Source: Octopus vulgaris (lineage: Eukaryota). Taken from it: a stretch of 64,000 nucleotides of DNA. Positions within the stretch are counted from its first letter, which is position 1; the number at the start of each line of letters is the position of its first letter. Both the position numbers and the translations under genes were made by a program. The stretch covers positions 124,001 to 188,000 of the forward strand of contig OX597830.1 in the NCBI GenBank assembly GCA_951406725.2. The letters are read 5' to 3'. Below, piece after piece: positions 1 through 13,575 of this stretch. Below the pieces are notes generated by a model. The model was not told the DNA's origin. It made no database searches and worked only from the letters and a program-made list of their open reading frames with translations.

Positions 1-48
1 GTAACTATATGCATGAGAATACATACATAAAACAATACAAATCTGCAC

Positions 49-119
49 ATACATGCAAACATACATACATACATACATACATACATACATACATACATAC
101 ATACATACATACATACATA
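49..119. repeat. (CATA)n tetranucleotide microsatellite, resumes after the Tc1 insertion
   Basis: Direct reading; catacata continues at about 689-712. Confidence 0.9.
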
Positions 120-686
120 CACTTGCGTCGGAAATTAATTAGCACTTCTCAAATTTCTACATTTTCTTACATTTTCTTAATTTAATTAACTTATTATCAG
201 AAACGAACTCGTTTTTAATCAAAAATTTATTAAAACATATCCCAGCACACCACATAATTGTTATTAATCGTGAAATTTAGTCAATATCTTGTTGCTCCTT
301 CTTTGGCAGCAATGACAGCTGCTACGCGGGTCGGCATGCTGTCTATGAGTGCCTGCAGGTACTGTGCAGGGATGGCCCCTCATGCAGCAAGAAGTGCCCC
401 AAACAGCTCGTGTCGGTTCCTGTATTGCTGCACATTTAAATCCCTACCCAATCGACTCCAGAGGTTCTCAATAGGGTTCAGGTCAGGTGACTGGCCAGCA
501 CGTACTCCTCGCCACCAAAGAGGTATCCCGTACTATCTCAACGTACTTTGCTGCGTTGATGTTGCCTTCGACGGCATAGAGCCGCCCAACACCACTGTAG
601 CTGAACGCCCCTCACACCATCAGACCACCCCCACCATGCTTCATGGTGAGCAAATCAAGGGTGCTAATTAATTTCTGACGGTAGTG
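120..686 (-). mobile_element. Internally deleted Tc1-family DNA transposon with 26-bp TIRs and TA target duplication
   Basis: Left ta|cacttgcgtcggaaattaattagcac and right gtgctaattaatttctgacggtagtg|ta are inverted repeats with 3 mismatches. The minus strand at about 445-500 encodes SPDLNPIENLWSRL, a Tc1 DDE-domain motif. Confidence 0.88.
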
Positions 687-886
687 TACATACATACATT
701 ACATGCATACATACAAAAACACCCTGTTGTTGTTGTTGTTGAAATTCCAATGAAAGAGCCTTGGATGTAGGTTAGAAACCGGTTCTTTCTCTATTGGCAA
801 GAAATCTTGAAAGAAACTGAATAATGACATACATACACATAGATATATGAAAAATACATGCATAGTTACATTGCATATTTTAGAAC

Positions 887-957
<71 letters not shown>

Positions 958-1009
958 GAAAAAACAAGTCAAAATAGAAAATGCTAAAATAATTTTATAA
1001 AGAACATTT

Positions 1010-1047
1010 CAGTACCGGTTTCGGTCATTTTGAGACCATTTCAACTG
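1010..1047 (-). ncRNA. Degenerate minimal type I hammerhead ribozyme (U3:A8 variant) in a PLE-terminal-like fragment between (TA)n tracts
   Basis: Minus strand: cag-TTGAAAT-ggtc tcaaaat gacc-GAAAC-cg-GTA-ctg. Stems I to III pair; position 9 is non-canonical. Confidence 0.55.
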
Positions 1048-1197
1048 TAACGATTAAATAATTAAATTTAGAAAAATTAAAAGAAAAGTTTTTTTAAAGG
1101 AATATTTGTATAGTGTTCAAATATAAGTGGCATTCTGCCTTTCTCTGTTTCCCTTGTTTGCACTTGTGTGTTCGAGGCCGTTGTGAATTCTTGGTAG

Positions 1198-1272
<75 letters not shown>

Positions 1273-2856
1273 CATTATAGGTATGTCGTATAGTATATAA
1301 ATTTTTTTACCTTTTCTATCGCCACAAAGTAGCAGCAAAAAAGAGAGAAGGGGAGAGATTAAAAACTATCAAGTCACTGTTTCTAAGTTTGAACCTAGGA
1401 GTAACTTCTTTGTTATTGTTTTACTCCAGGTCAGATGTGATCAATTGACCTGCGATGAAAGGTGGCCAGTATTTTGTCCACTAAGTTCCCAGTGGTCAAC
1501 AGTCCGTCATTTTATATATCGGAAACTACATTATTCAATATATCATTTAAGACAACAGAATGTGATATGAGAGGGATTTAGCTGCTATTTCCAATAGGTG
1601 GATCAATTAACTCAAACACCGAGCAGCTCAGCCGATGTACCGTTGTGATAACTTATACTGGAGAACGTATTGTTAGACAGAAATACAGGGAACAGACCAA
1701 ACATCATAACTCTCCTCCTCCAGAAAACCTCTCTCTCTCTCGTGTCATTTAATTTTGTTAGATGAAAGGAAATATTGTTTTACCCTAATAAAATACGTGT
1801 TGCACAACCAGATTTCTATGATTAAAATATTGAAGCCATCATAGATGACTAAATCTCTAAACTAAGTCTCATGACTGAATCTGACAAAATATTACAAACA
1901 AATTTATAAAGTTCAGTTTGGAATGCAAGAGTTTGTTATAAGCCTTAATTCTTTGAGAAAAATATTAATGATATATATTACATGATGCACACACAAAGAA
2001 AATTGCATAACAATAATTTTTAATTAGAAATATATAGAAGTGACGTCTATGTATAAGAGCGTTGCACTATCCAAAAACAAATATAACGCTTCTAGTTAAA
2101 AGCGTGAGCAAATGTGTTTTCATAACGTAACAAAACCTTGAAAGACTCGCGTTCATTAGAAGTGTAGTAAAATCGATTGGTTAACGATTGGTTAAAATAT
2201 AAATGAAGCTTAACTAATCACGTGACATGTAGAAATAGACTAACCCTCTGAGCCGATTTTGATATAACCTTATGGTAAAACACCCTGTTCGTTCAGTGTC
2301 ACCATCTATTAGGAATCCCAGACATCAATGTTTCAAGATTCTTGGCTCTAGGCGATGAGATGTACCTAAGAGAAGCAACTCTGAACGAACTTATAAAGCC
2401 ATAGCTTTATGTATTATTCAGTCAGCGTGTTGTTCGTTCGGCTCTACACAGCCTCCACGTTCTTGAGCCATTGATATATGGCATGGATCGCTCTACGATC
2501 CTTCCCTTGATGGTGGATAGGATATTATTGGCTCTGTGCTCTTATTTATATATCTAAACAATGGTTTTCCTCTTCACTACATGTCAGAAAACTGACTGGT
2601 GGTTGGCATATCATTCGTTAAAATCATTCTCCCATATACTGCTTTACATATTTTTAGCTTCATCATTTTATAGAACTAAAGTAACTTTATCTTCGTAAAC
2701 TGTTGAGCCATCCATGCATGCTTGCTCGGCGCCGAAGCGACCCAAGTGTAATAATATTTTTCACGAATAGTTGTGTGGTTAAGTAACTCGCTTCGCATCC
2801 TCGTGGTTGTGACTTCTAGCCCGCTATACGACACATGGGTCGAGACAAATATTTAT

Positions 2857-3024
2857 AGGCGCAGGAGTGGCTGTGTGGTAAGTAGCTTGCTTACCAACCA
2901 CATGGTTCCTGGTTCAGTCCCATTGCGTGGCACGTTGAGCAAGTGTCTTCTACTATAGCGTCGGGCCGACCAAAGCCTTGTGAATGGATTTGGTAGACGG
3001 AAACTGAAAGAAGCGTGTTGTATT

Positions 3025-3105
<81 letters not shown>

Positions 3106-3296
3106 GTATGTATGTATATGTGTGTGTTTGTGTGTCTGTGTTTGTCTCCTCAACATCGCTTACGGTTCGGCAAAAAGAGACCGATAGAATAAGTATTAGG
3201 CTTACGAAGAACAAGTCCTGGGGTCGGTTTGCTCGACTAAAGGCGGTGCTCCAGCACGGCCGCAGTCAAATGATTGAAACAAGTAAAAGAGTAAAA
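2857..3296 (+). mobile_element. tRNA-derived SINE (octopus type) with internal (TA)n/(TG)n tract
   Basis: tRNA-like head with A box (tggctgtgtggt) and B box (ggttcagtcc), conserved body, and (agtaaaag) tail. Several other copies occur in the window. Confidence 0.85.
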
Positions 3297-4038
3297 GTGT
3301 ATACTGTACCCAGTATACACTTTTACTCTTTTACTTGTTTCAATTTTCCTTGAACGTCTATTAATTTTTTTTTATATCTATATTATATCTATCTAGGAAA
3401 TGCTTATCTATCAAGCAAGGAATTTGCTATCTACGCTACTCTTAAGATTCAAAGAATAACGAGCAGCGAACTATATAATATTCCATGTTTTGTTTACACT
3501 TTTAATTTTGGTGTTGTAAACGATCTTCTCGTAGAAGCCACAGCTATTCATTCCCATCCTCACGAGTGCACTTCACACAAATCGTACCTGCCTTTCCACC
3601 ATTCTCCTATTCTCGTTCCCTAATTTGCATTCATTATTTTACTCTCGTTATTTTTCATTTTTGTTCTTAGAGTGCAACATGTTTTCTGACCCTAGATAAG
3701 TCCCCATTATACACCTTATGTCATACAAACTCTTCCGATCATTGTATAATCAAAAGCATGAAACTTATAGTAGCCTGTAGTTAAAAAGTATGTGAATCAA
3801 ATGATACTTATCTCTCACTGGATAGAATACTCCTTTTTTAACCTCATCTATAGTGGAACAGCACCAATCTCTCTCTCTCTTTTTCTCTAAATATGTATGT
3901 GTGTGTGTAGATATATATATAATTTATATATACACCTACGTTGGACTCCTCATTCGCATAATCAGCTAACCTTAGCACTTACTCAGCATTACCTGACACC
4001 TTTGGGTCTTACTGACACCATTACCTCTCATACCCCCC

Positions 4039-4092
<54 letters not shown>

Positions 4093-4119
4093 TTGTATAC
4101 AGTTATTTGTGTATATATA

Positions 4120-4209
<90 letters not shown>

Positions 4210-4756
4210 AATTCAAATAGGTTCAACAATTTTGGATCGATTACCACCAACAGTTTATCTAAACAGGCTTACTTGTTCTCTTGAAAAATCCAGTCTCAAT
4301 GCTGCGATTTTTATTCATTCGCTCTGTTCGTAAGACTTTTCGTAAGGGCATGTTTATTCTCAAATAATTTTTACAACGCCGTTCTACAACACCTTTTAAT
4401 ACGACTGTAATTCTAAATGCCTCTCTATACATCTTTATACGGCTACACTTTTGTACATCTACACTTTTATAACTTAATCCCATTCATCTATTTATATATA
4501 TATGTATATTAAATTTTTATATATTAATGCATTTATAGATTTTTAAAATATATTTTAATGACTGAAACATTTATATATTTAAAAACTGATATACATTGAT
4601 GCCAGGTAGAATATATGTTTATATAAATTGTTGAACCTATTTGAATTCTCCGTAACATTTTTATATCTTGCATCTCGGGCTTTTATATGGGCACTTCAAA
4701 CTACTGCCTATACAATGGACAAAGAAATTTTACGATATATGTATATATATATAATG

Positions 4757-5720
4757 TGCATTTCAGATGTTTTGAGACTTTTTCAGGAGAGACATTTATT
4801 AACTTCAAAAAAGCACAATAGTCTAACCTCCTTCAAAGTAGGATCCGCGGCGCATCTCAATGCACTTGTAGCGTTCAAGTACTCTGAAGTGAGATGTCCA
4901 GGATCCTCGTCAAACCTCCTTCATCATCTCAATGTCTTCAAAACGACTGCCTCTGAGATTCTCATTGAACTTGACCTGGAAACAGAAGTCACGGGGAAAA
5001 AGGTCTAGACAGGGTGAGGGAAAGTTTTGATGCCCATCTCTGTCAAGTAGTTGGTCACCAGGATGGAATTATTCTTGTGCAGGAGCCACCGACCAGAGTG
5101 GGAAGATCACTGGCCCAAATCTCTTCCTAAACTCCCTCAAAGCCTCCATAAATTACTCTTTATTGACCGTATGACCAGAGAACACTGTGAAAGCAGATGA
5201 AGCACTTACTGTCGATAAAGGACATCATCAAAAGTTTTCTGGTGGACTTCCCTTTCTAGTTTTTCTTGGGTGTTGGGGAGCCAGGATGCTTCCATTCGGC
5301 ACTCTGTTTCTTGGTCTCTTCATCATAACAGTACATCTAGCTTCCGTTACAAATCGCCAAAGACTGAATTACTCTTGGCCTGGAGGTAATGAGTCCAACA
5401 ATTTCCCTGCTGTCATCTCATTGAACAACCTGGAAATAAACTTTGCTCAAATTTTCTGCATGAAGGATTTTGTGAACAGTTTCATGCCAACTCTAAACTG
5501 TATGCTTATTGTTTTTATTGAGACACAACAGTTTTCATCCAGAAAATTGCGAATTTTCTCAACCAGATCTGATATCCTACAGGCTACTATAAGTTTCACT
5601 GAAACATATGCTCAGTTTATACGAGTTAATCCATAAGCAGTCTGGATTATTTCATAAATTTCTGTATTTATTCCAAGCTGTCTTCACGTTTGCAAACTAC
5701 TCAGCTGTGACAAGCAATGT
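4757..5720 (-). mobile_element. Decayed mariner-family transposon remnant
   Basis: Minus strand about 5110-5010 reads WLLHKNNSILVTNYLTEMGIKTFPHP, resembling the mariner segment before the YSPDLAP motif. Boundaries are approximate. Confidence 0.55.
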
Positions 5721-6984
5721 TCAGATATAGTATACATAAAGAGGGATTAATGGTAAACATAGTGATTCTGTTGAAAGGAGTAGATTCTAAAGGCAGCTAT
5801 GCAATTATAAATCGTATATGGACCGTTACTGACAGCGGTTCCAATAGTTGCAATAGGGTAGTAATATAGTAATAAAATCTGATAAAGGGGGCAATGATAA
5901 TGGCAGTTGTTAGCATTATAGTGAGGTGGCAAATCGTTTCTGCCCCCTACACCATTATCCTAACTACTACTTCCATTAGCCGGCTATTACTCATTTTAAC
6001 CGTTACGTCATTTTTTGGGTATTTTATAATTTAATCATTCATATTGTTGAGTGGTCCCAGACAATGATATCTGGCCAATGGTATTTTAATTTGGTGGCTG
6101 TTTTAAGTTCCACCAAAATTTAATTGACCAATCGGTCTCGGTATTGTCAATTGTGTCTGTTGGAAATTTCCTCTATGTATGCATGTATGTAAAATATCGT
6201 CATACATTCTCGCTTAAAAATTGGAAGAACCACAATTTAAGACAAAGAACTCAATGCATATGCTAGATTGTGAATATTTACTAATTCAGATGAAGGCTTT
6301 TGAGGAGACCAGTTTTGAGGCAATTTTCATATGGAAGTAACTCAAAGGAGGATAAGAGAACAGCATTTCTTAGATTAAGGGAAATTTTTCCTGTTGGTAA
6401 ATTTCAAGATTCCTGGAAAAAAATCGGAGATTCCAATTTTTTACTGTTATTCACATAAATTTATTTTCCTTATTTATTTAAAATTTATTGACAGCTATTT
6501 ATATCATGATAAATTGTAAAAATGACTATTTCTTCTTATATCTTGGGTTACAAATCGTGATGAGGAACTGGTAAATATAGGGAATATAGAAAAAATATGA
6601 AGAAACATTGCTCTTGAGAATCGCTTGTTTTTCATAATTCACAATCTATCGTCTTAAAAACAAAACATTCTCCATACTGTAGGGGTAGATACAAAAAATA
6701 CTCTATGTGATTAAAAAAATGGAATAAAGCACGACTGGACCACCTATCAGGTCTTACTACTATACAACAGTTACAGATATACAAATACAAGATATGGAGA
6801 AAACACCGTGACATATAAAGTGAAAGTTGTAGGGGGAGATAGTTGGATTTTACAACTCCTTTTCAAGGTTAGAGTCAAAGATGTTAAGACTTTGATTGAT
6901 GAATGCTATCATCCGCTGGGGAAAAGGTGAGTGGAGCAAAAATTCTTTAAATCTGTTTGTGCGGATGTAAACACAGCTATAGTC

Positions 6985-7135
6985 TAGTGACTAAGAACAT
7001 TTTTTTGCAATCATGAGCTTTCGGGTCGGAGTCCGATGCGAGACATTTTGGAAAAATATATTTTATCATAGCTCTGGTCGACCCATGCTTTGTGAGTGGA
7101 ACTGAATGGAACGAAAACTGTGTGAAAGTCCATTT
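6985..7135 (+). mobile_element. Old degenerate SINE head/body
   Basis: Weak similarity to 2870-3010 (atagctctggtcgacccatgctttgtgagtgga...gaaaactg). Confidence 0.5.
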
Positions 7136-8190
7136 ATACTTTTAATTTTATCATTAAGCCTTGTCTCATATTTCTATCACACTGGTTCAGCTTAACAATT
7201 ACATTGAGAGTACTTGTAACTGAGAAATACTCAACCATGCGAGCAGCTAGTTTAGTTTTTCGTACAAGTGAATGCTTACTGATGAAACTGACAAACCATT
7301 ATGTGTTATTGATAACATTTTTGAACAGGTATTGTTTAAAATGCGTCTGTGTTCCAGTTTTATCATTCTTGTATTTCTTTCTTTCTTTTATCTTTGTACT
7401 CATTATGTTTTTATAAAAGTGGAACACAGCCGCGTTTTTAACAAATTATGTTTACAAGAAAATCGGTACCCCTCATTTGTACATACAAACGCACAAAACT
7501 TTCATATTCACAAAATGTCAAAATTTAACAAGAAAACTACAAAAAGCAATAATGTAAAATGAACAAGAGATTTCCAGAAAAATATAATCGAAAACGCGAG
7601 ATTTCTATAAGTGAAAAGTTTACCTTTAAGTGGAGATATGGATAAATCAGTAACACACATTTATTAAACAATAGTTTCATAGCTACTGATAATATAATAA
7701 ACATTTGTTTTACGCTGTATAAGAAATAATATTTTTAAAAATCTCATTCTGTCGACTCAAGAAGATAAACTCTTTCACTTCTCACACTACTTGTACAGAT
7801 CAAATAATACTTATTCAATATTTTCAGAAACTTGCAGTGTCATGAAAATTACCAGAGTCAAAATGTCAAAATCTACTGAAGAAATCACTAAAGGATGATT
7901 TTTTTAAGGATAAAAAAATTAAAAAATGCAGAACTTTCTCTGTCGTATAAACAATATACATAGAACAGTAGCGCAAAATGTTTTTCACTATCTGAAAAAT
8001 AAATATAAAAATGCTTTTTTATGTAAAAGCGATGAGAGCAACGCTATTATGTCTTGGGAGTCATTACACCAATAATAATAACACACGCAGGGGTTTATTT
8101 TCACTTTATTACTATTAATCAATTGGTTAAATGGTTAAACGAACGATAAATATGTTAGCTGAATAAGTTTCATAGCCATTTAATCAATTG

Positions 8191-8192
<2 letters not shown>

Positions 8193-8273
<81 letters not shown>
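8193..8273. repeat. (TAA)n microsatellite
   Basis: Direct reading. Confidence 0.95.
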
Positions 8274-8275
<2 letters not shown>

Positions 8276-8829
8276 GCCCTGATGCAGTACCAGGCAGTGG
8301 CTCTCATGGCTTCTGATCTTAACTGATTGGAAGTGTTATCATGTACATTGTTTTGTCTTGGTATAAAAGATGGGCTACAGCAAATATTCTGCTCAATACC
8401 ACAGATTTGCTTGTCAGTTGTTTGACCTTAACCAGTTGAGCATGTCCCTTAGTGGCTGACGATATGTGCATCTCTGATCGCGAGCAGAAGTAGTGGGGGA
8501 GCATCATAGCCATGTGTTGAGAGGGATTCTTTGGGGTTTGAATAGTTCACCTCTGGAAACATGGGTGGTTCTTTCAACATCCTTAAACAACCCTTATTCA
8601 GGGACCGTTTGAGCGGGATGGGCTACTCAACCTGAAGAAAATTCTAACTGGGCCCCACCTGCAAGGTCATGTGCTGTTTATCTTGATATGAGATCACCAT
8701 GTCGCGCACATATGGTTGTGATGCATGTGCCTGGTGTACCTTTATCAGACGGGTAGTCATGATGGGTATATTGGGCTTCGTATATTTTACCCCAGTGTCA
8801 CTTTGATGGCATGAATTGCTCTCTCACTC
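8274..8829. mobile_element. Non-coding interspersed repeat bounded by (TAA)n on both sides, probably derived from an R4/Dong-type UTR or a non-autonomous partner
   Basis: More GC-rich block with sharp (TAA)n boundaries. Family assignment is inference. Confidence 0.45.
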
Positions 8830-8846
8830 AATAATAATAATAATAA

Positions 8847-11357
8847 TCTGTACCATCAAAAGAAGAAGTGCAGGGATTTTGGAATAAAATTTGGGCAGAA
8901 GAAAAAACACACAGTGAAAAGGCCCCCTGGATTGATAGAATATCTACAGAACTGGACTCCTTAGAAGAGCAAAAGTGAGAGGGTGTCAAGGTAGAAGATA
9001 TAAGATCTGCTCTCAGGAGGTCAAGCAAATGGAAGTCTCCAGGAAAGGATAAAATTCCTAACTTCTGGTTGAATGTCTTCCCAGAGAGCCATGAACTGCT
9101 AACAGAACTTTACAATGATGTTTTGCAACACCCTAGTAGGATGCCTCCTTGGCTAGTTAATGGGTTAACATTCCTGCTTCCAAAAAGTGAAGAAACAAAT
9201 GAACCAAAAAAACCTATAGACCCATAACCTGCTTAACAACTATGTATAAAACACTAACATCTGTCCTGACGGAATATACCTATAATTTTTTAACAGACAG
9301 CAGCATATTCCCTAATGAACAGAAAGGATGTAAACGTGGATCCTACGGTTGTAAAGATCAACTACTCATCAATAAGATGATCTTAGAAGATTGTCACAAA
9401 CGACACAAAAACTTATCAATAGCCTGGATAGACTATAAAAAGGCTTTTGATAGCCTACCACATAGCTGGATTAAGAAATGCCTGGAAATGTATAAAATAG
9501 CACCTGCTCTGTGAAACTTTTTGTCTGTAAGTATGAGATCATGGAGAACCACACTAACTTTGAACAGTGACAATGAATCTCTAAATGCTAGAGATGTAAA
9601 AATTTCATGTGGCATTTTCCAGGGTGACTCACTATCACCACTCCCCTTTTGTTTAGCCTTGATACCTCTCTCAAAACTGCTCAATGACGCGCAGTACGGG
9701 TATAAAATGTTTGATAAAAATATAAATCATCTCATTTACATGGATGATTTAAAGCTCGTTGCAAAAAATGACCAACAACTCAAGGGCTTACTAGCGATTG
9801 TTAAACAATTCAGTGATGACATCAGAATGAAATTTGGCCTCGATAAATGTGCAAAAGCTACCTTTATTAAAGGAAAAATGACAGAAACATCTAACGTTAA
9901 CCTTGACCAGCAGCACGTCATAAAAGAGTTAGACTCAGCGGAGAACTACAAGTACCTAGAGATAATTGAAGGGGACGGAATAAGGCATTCAGTGATGAAG
10001 GAAAGGATCAGGAGAGAATGTTATCAAGACAGAGCTGAATGCGAGAAACAGGATCGAAGCGATCAATGCTTTAGCCATACCAGTTGTGACTTACAGTTTC
10101 AATATCGTTAACTGGACAATTACTGAAATATGTAATCGTGACAGAAAAATAAGAAAACTGTTGACAATGCATAGAATGCACCACCCTAAGGCAGATACAT
10201 AACGACTTTATCTGCCAAGAAAAGAGGGAGGCCGTGGACTTTTACAACTGGCAATAACAATGAAGATTGCTACAATTTGCCTAGACACCTACCTGAAAAA
10301 CTCTGAGTACTGGATGTTAAAACTTGTCTCAAAACATGAAAACAAGAAAGCATCATACTCAGTAACAAAACAGGCAATGGAATATCTAAGTGAATTCCGA
10401 ATACAACAAATTTCGGAATTAGACATACAAAAAACAAGCACAGAAAACTAAACGCATGAAAACCCGTGCTAAAACGTCTGCCTTAGATATTCTGAATGAT
10501 AAATGGCAAGAAAAACCTCTCAATGGCAAATACCCAAAGAGAGCGAATAATGCAGATGTTGACAAAGCCCTGACCCATCAATGGCTAATGGCCCCTGGCT
10601 TAAAATCTGAAACAGAAGGGTTTATCATAGCAGCTCAAGATCAATGCCTACCAACAAGAAACTACCAGGCCAACATATTAAAGAACGGCAGTAGCCCAAC
10701 ATGTCGTGTATGTCAACAACAAAATGAAACCATTGATCATGTTGTCTCCAAGTGCAGTCTTCTAGCACCTACAGGGTATCTCAACAGGCATGATAGAGCT
10801 GCACAATATATTCACTGGGTAATTTGCAAAAACCTGGATTTGCCCCATGAAAAAAACTGGTGGGAACACAAACCACCTACGCAAAATACTTTCTATGTAA
10901 TCTCAAGTTTTAAAACAAACATAATTTTCGGTTAAAAAAATTTTTTTTTAGACATTCACTAGTACAACCCCCCCACCAAAAAAAAAACAGACAAATATAT
11001 GGCACACTAGGCATAACAACAACATGAACTTCCAACCTGTTGTCTCTTGAGGTCTCTGGGTGAGACTTGGAGCCAACTTGTACAAATATAAAGCAAAAGT
11101 CAAACAACTGGTGGGAACACAAACCACCTACGCAAAATACTTTCTATGTAATCTCAAGGTTTAAAACAAACATAATTTTCGGTTAAAACATTTTTTTTTA
11201 GACATTCACTAGTACAACCCCCCAAAACAAACAAACAAACAAATATATGGCACACTAGGGATAACAACAACATGAACTTCCAACCTATTGGCTCTTGAGG
11301 TCTCTGGGTGAGACTTGGAGCCAACTTGTACAAATATAAAGCAAAAGTCAAATATAG
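8847..11357 (+). mobile_element. 5'-truncated R4/Dong-clade non-LTR retrotransposon (RT plus CCHC; RLE domain deleted; 3' end duplicated)
   Basis: ORF pieces 9242-9514, 9521-10111 and 10456-10935 carry WIDYKKAFDS, GIFQGDSLSP, YMDDLKL, CRVC..ETIDHVVSKC..RHD. Flanked by (TAA)n and nearly identical to the minus copy at 41950-45990. Confidence 0.9.
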
Positions 11358-13575
11358 AATAATAATAATAATAACAATAATAAAGAAGTGGAATTGAAAT
11401 TGTATGTGAATTATTGTTATTGACGCAATGACTCTCCCAAGACGCAACAAACAAGAACTCACATCAAGAATCTTGCAAACCAAATATAAAACGAAGTTAC
11501 CAATGTATTAAATGATAACATCAACTTTATAAGAATTCAGATAATGTAAAAAATAAATAACACTGAAGCAAAGTAACACCAAATATATAGTGCGTGTGTC
11601 TTTATTGGCTAAACTGGCAAAATGACCATTCCGAAATTCAACAATATCTGTTTCAACACACGACTTAGCCATAGCCAGGCTTTGCAAGAAGCTGAAGGAC
11701 ACTGTATTCTGTTGCCTAAGGAAAACTGTGACAACGCAACAGCTTCATTTTACAAAACAATGTGTCTCGTCCAGAATATGTATCAACAAGGTCACAGCCA
11801 ACGTTAAACGGCTTGATCTCACCAAAGGACAGGCTGAAAGGTTAAAAAGGAGAGCTGATGGTAAATATTAAAAACAAAATATACAAAGAGCTAAGCGAGC
11901 AAGAAAAACGTAAACGTATATTTTTAAAAGAAATTAAAAACATCACCACATGAAAAGAGAAAACCACAGTTATGGATATAATATCTGAAGAAAGCAGACT
12001 CGTAATACACCAGTGCAATATACATTTTAAGAGGAAGTTGTCGTGGTTGAAACATACACATCAATATGAGCTCGCAAAGGAAGAAAAGCAGAAGTATCGA
12101 GATACAATAAACGGAATTATTATGGAAGATGTCCCACTACCAGCAGAATTCAACAAGGACAATGAAGCGAACATCTATGGGGGAATAACAACGGACCCAG
12201 ATGAAATATCGATACTTCAACTACCACCAAAATATGCGATATATAATAATGTGAATACCATCAAATGCCTGTCCGAGATTGAAAAGTCGTTCACAAAAAT
12301 ACGTTGGAATTTAAATAGGAACAACGACAACACGAGTGACAACAACAACAATACGAACAACAATAACAACACAGACGGCAACACGAACAACAATAACCGC
12401 AGCAACAACAACACAAACAATAATGACCGCAGCAACAACAACCGTAGCAACAAAAACAACACGAACAGCTACAACCCTAACATCGGCAACAACAACAACA
12501 ACAACAACAGCAAAAATGAATCCATGAACGCAAGCAATAGATACAAATACAAAAACAGAAAAAAATGTATACAACAGCAACAGCAACAACAACAACAATT
12601 ATAGGGGAAACGGACACACAAACACACACACAGATAACCATAGTCACAAGGACCCGAATAAAAGTTGTGTCATGGGGGTCACGATGGAGCATAAAGTTGA
12701 ATGCAACAGAATTCTTGGACAGGGAGTCAGCAGACTTGAAACAGAAAACACTACTGGTAGGAACAAAAATAACAACCACAACAGAGAGAATGGCAGGGAC
12801 CAACAGACAGACATAAGAACCAACACTAATACGAACAACACCAGAAACAGGAACAATGAGAATATCACTAGCGATGATAGCAATAATGGCAGTGGTAGGA
12901 ATAACAGTAATAGCAATAATGCTGGTAGTAGTAGTAGTGGTGGTGGTGGTGGTGGTGGTGGTAACAGTAGAAGTAGTAATAGTTGTGATGGTAATAGTAA
13001 TAATAGTATTAGTGGTGATAATGATAGTGGTAATAGTGGCAATAGTGGTGATAATAATAGTGGGGTTGACGATGGGAGCAGTAACGACAGAAATAGTAGT
13101 AACGATAATGAGGAAGATAACTCTACAAGGGCCATTAACATGTATACCAACCACTTTGACACTCAGTTCTTCAACATATGTGACAAATCTTATAACATGA
13201 GCCGGATTTATCCAACAACATTACCCTTCAACAAAAGGGTCTACATCCCAAGACATGCTAATGACCATATGGAAGCACAGTTCACTATAGCTAGGACCAA
13301 ACTTAGACAGATTTTAGGACTATACACTAAGAGACAGAGACAGAATAAGACAGAGGCCCAACAACTCGGGATTAAACCTGCAATATCGCTAGCAACTGCA
13401 GAATCTCCTACTTCCTCTCAATGATCATACGCCCTATAATCCGGATGTCACCTGATGTTTGTGACAGCACAGAAGATCGCCTCAGCAGGATCAATGACAA
13501 CACTTGCGACCTGACAGGATGTCTGGTGGGTAGCATGGATGTGGTATCGACGTAGATTTTGCGGTAGAAAAGTGC

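Noticed and set aside
258-671. 137-aa plus-strand ORF
   Set aside because: Antisense of the Tc1 transposase remnant.
2857-2930. tRNA gene
   Set aside because: It is the tRNA-derived SINE head; there is no complete cloverleaf and it continues into the SINE body.
12477-13200. Thr/Ile/Val/Leu-rich ORFs resembling mucin or membrane proteins
   Set aside because: Alternative frames of trinucleotide repeats inside the PLE.
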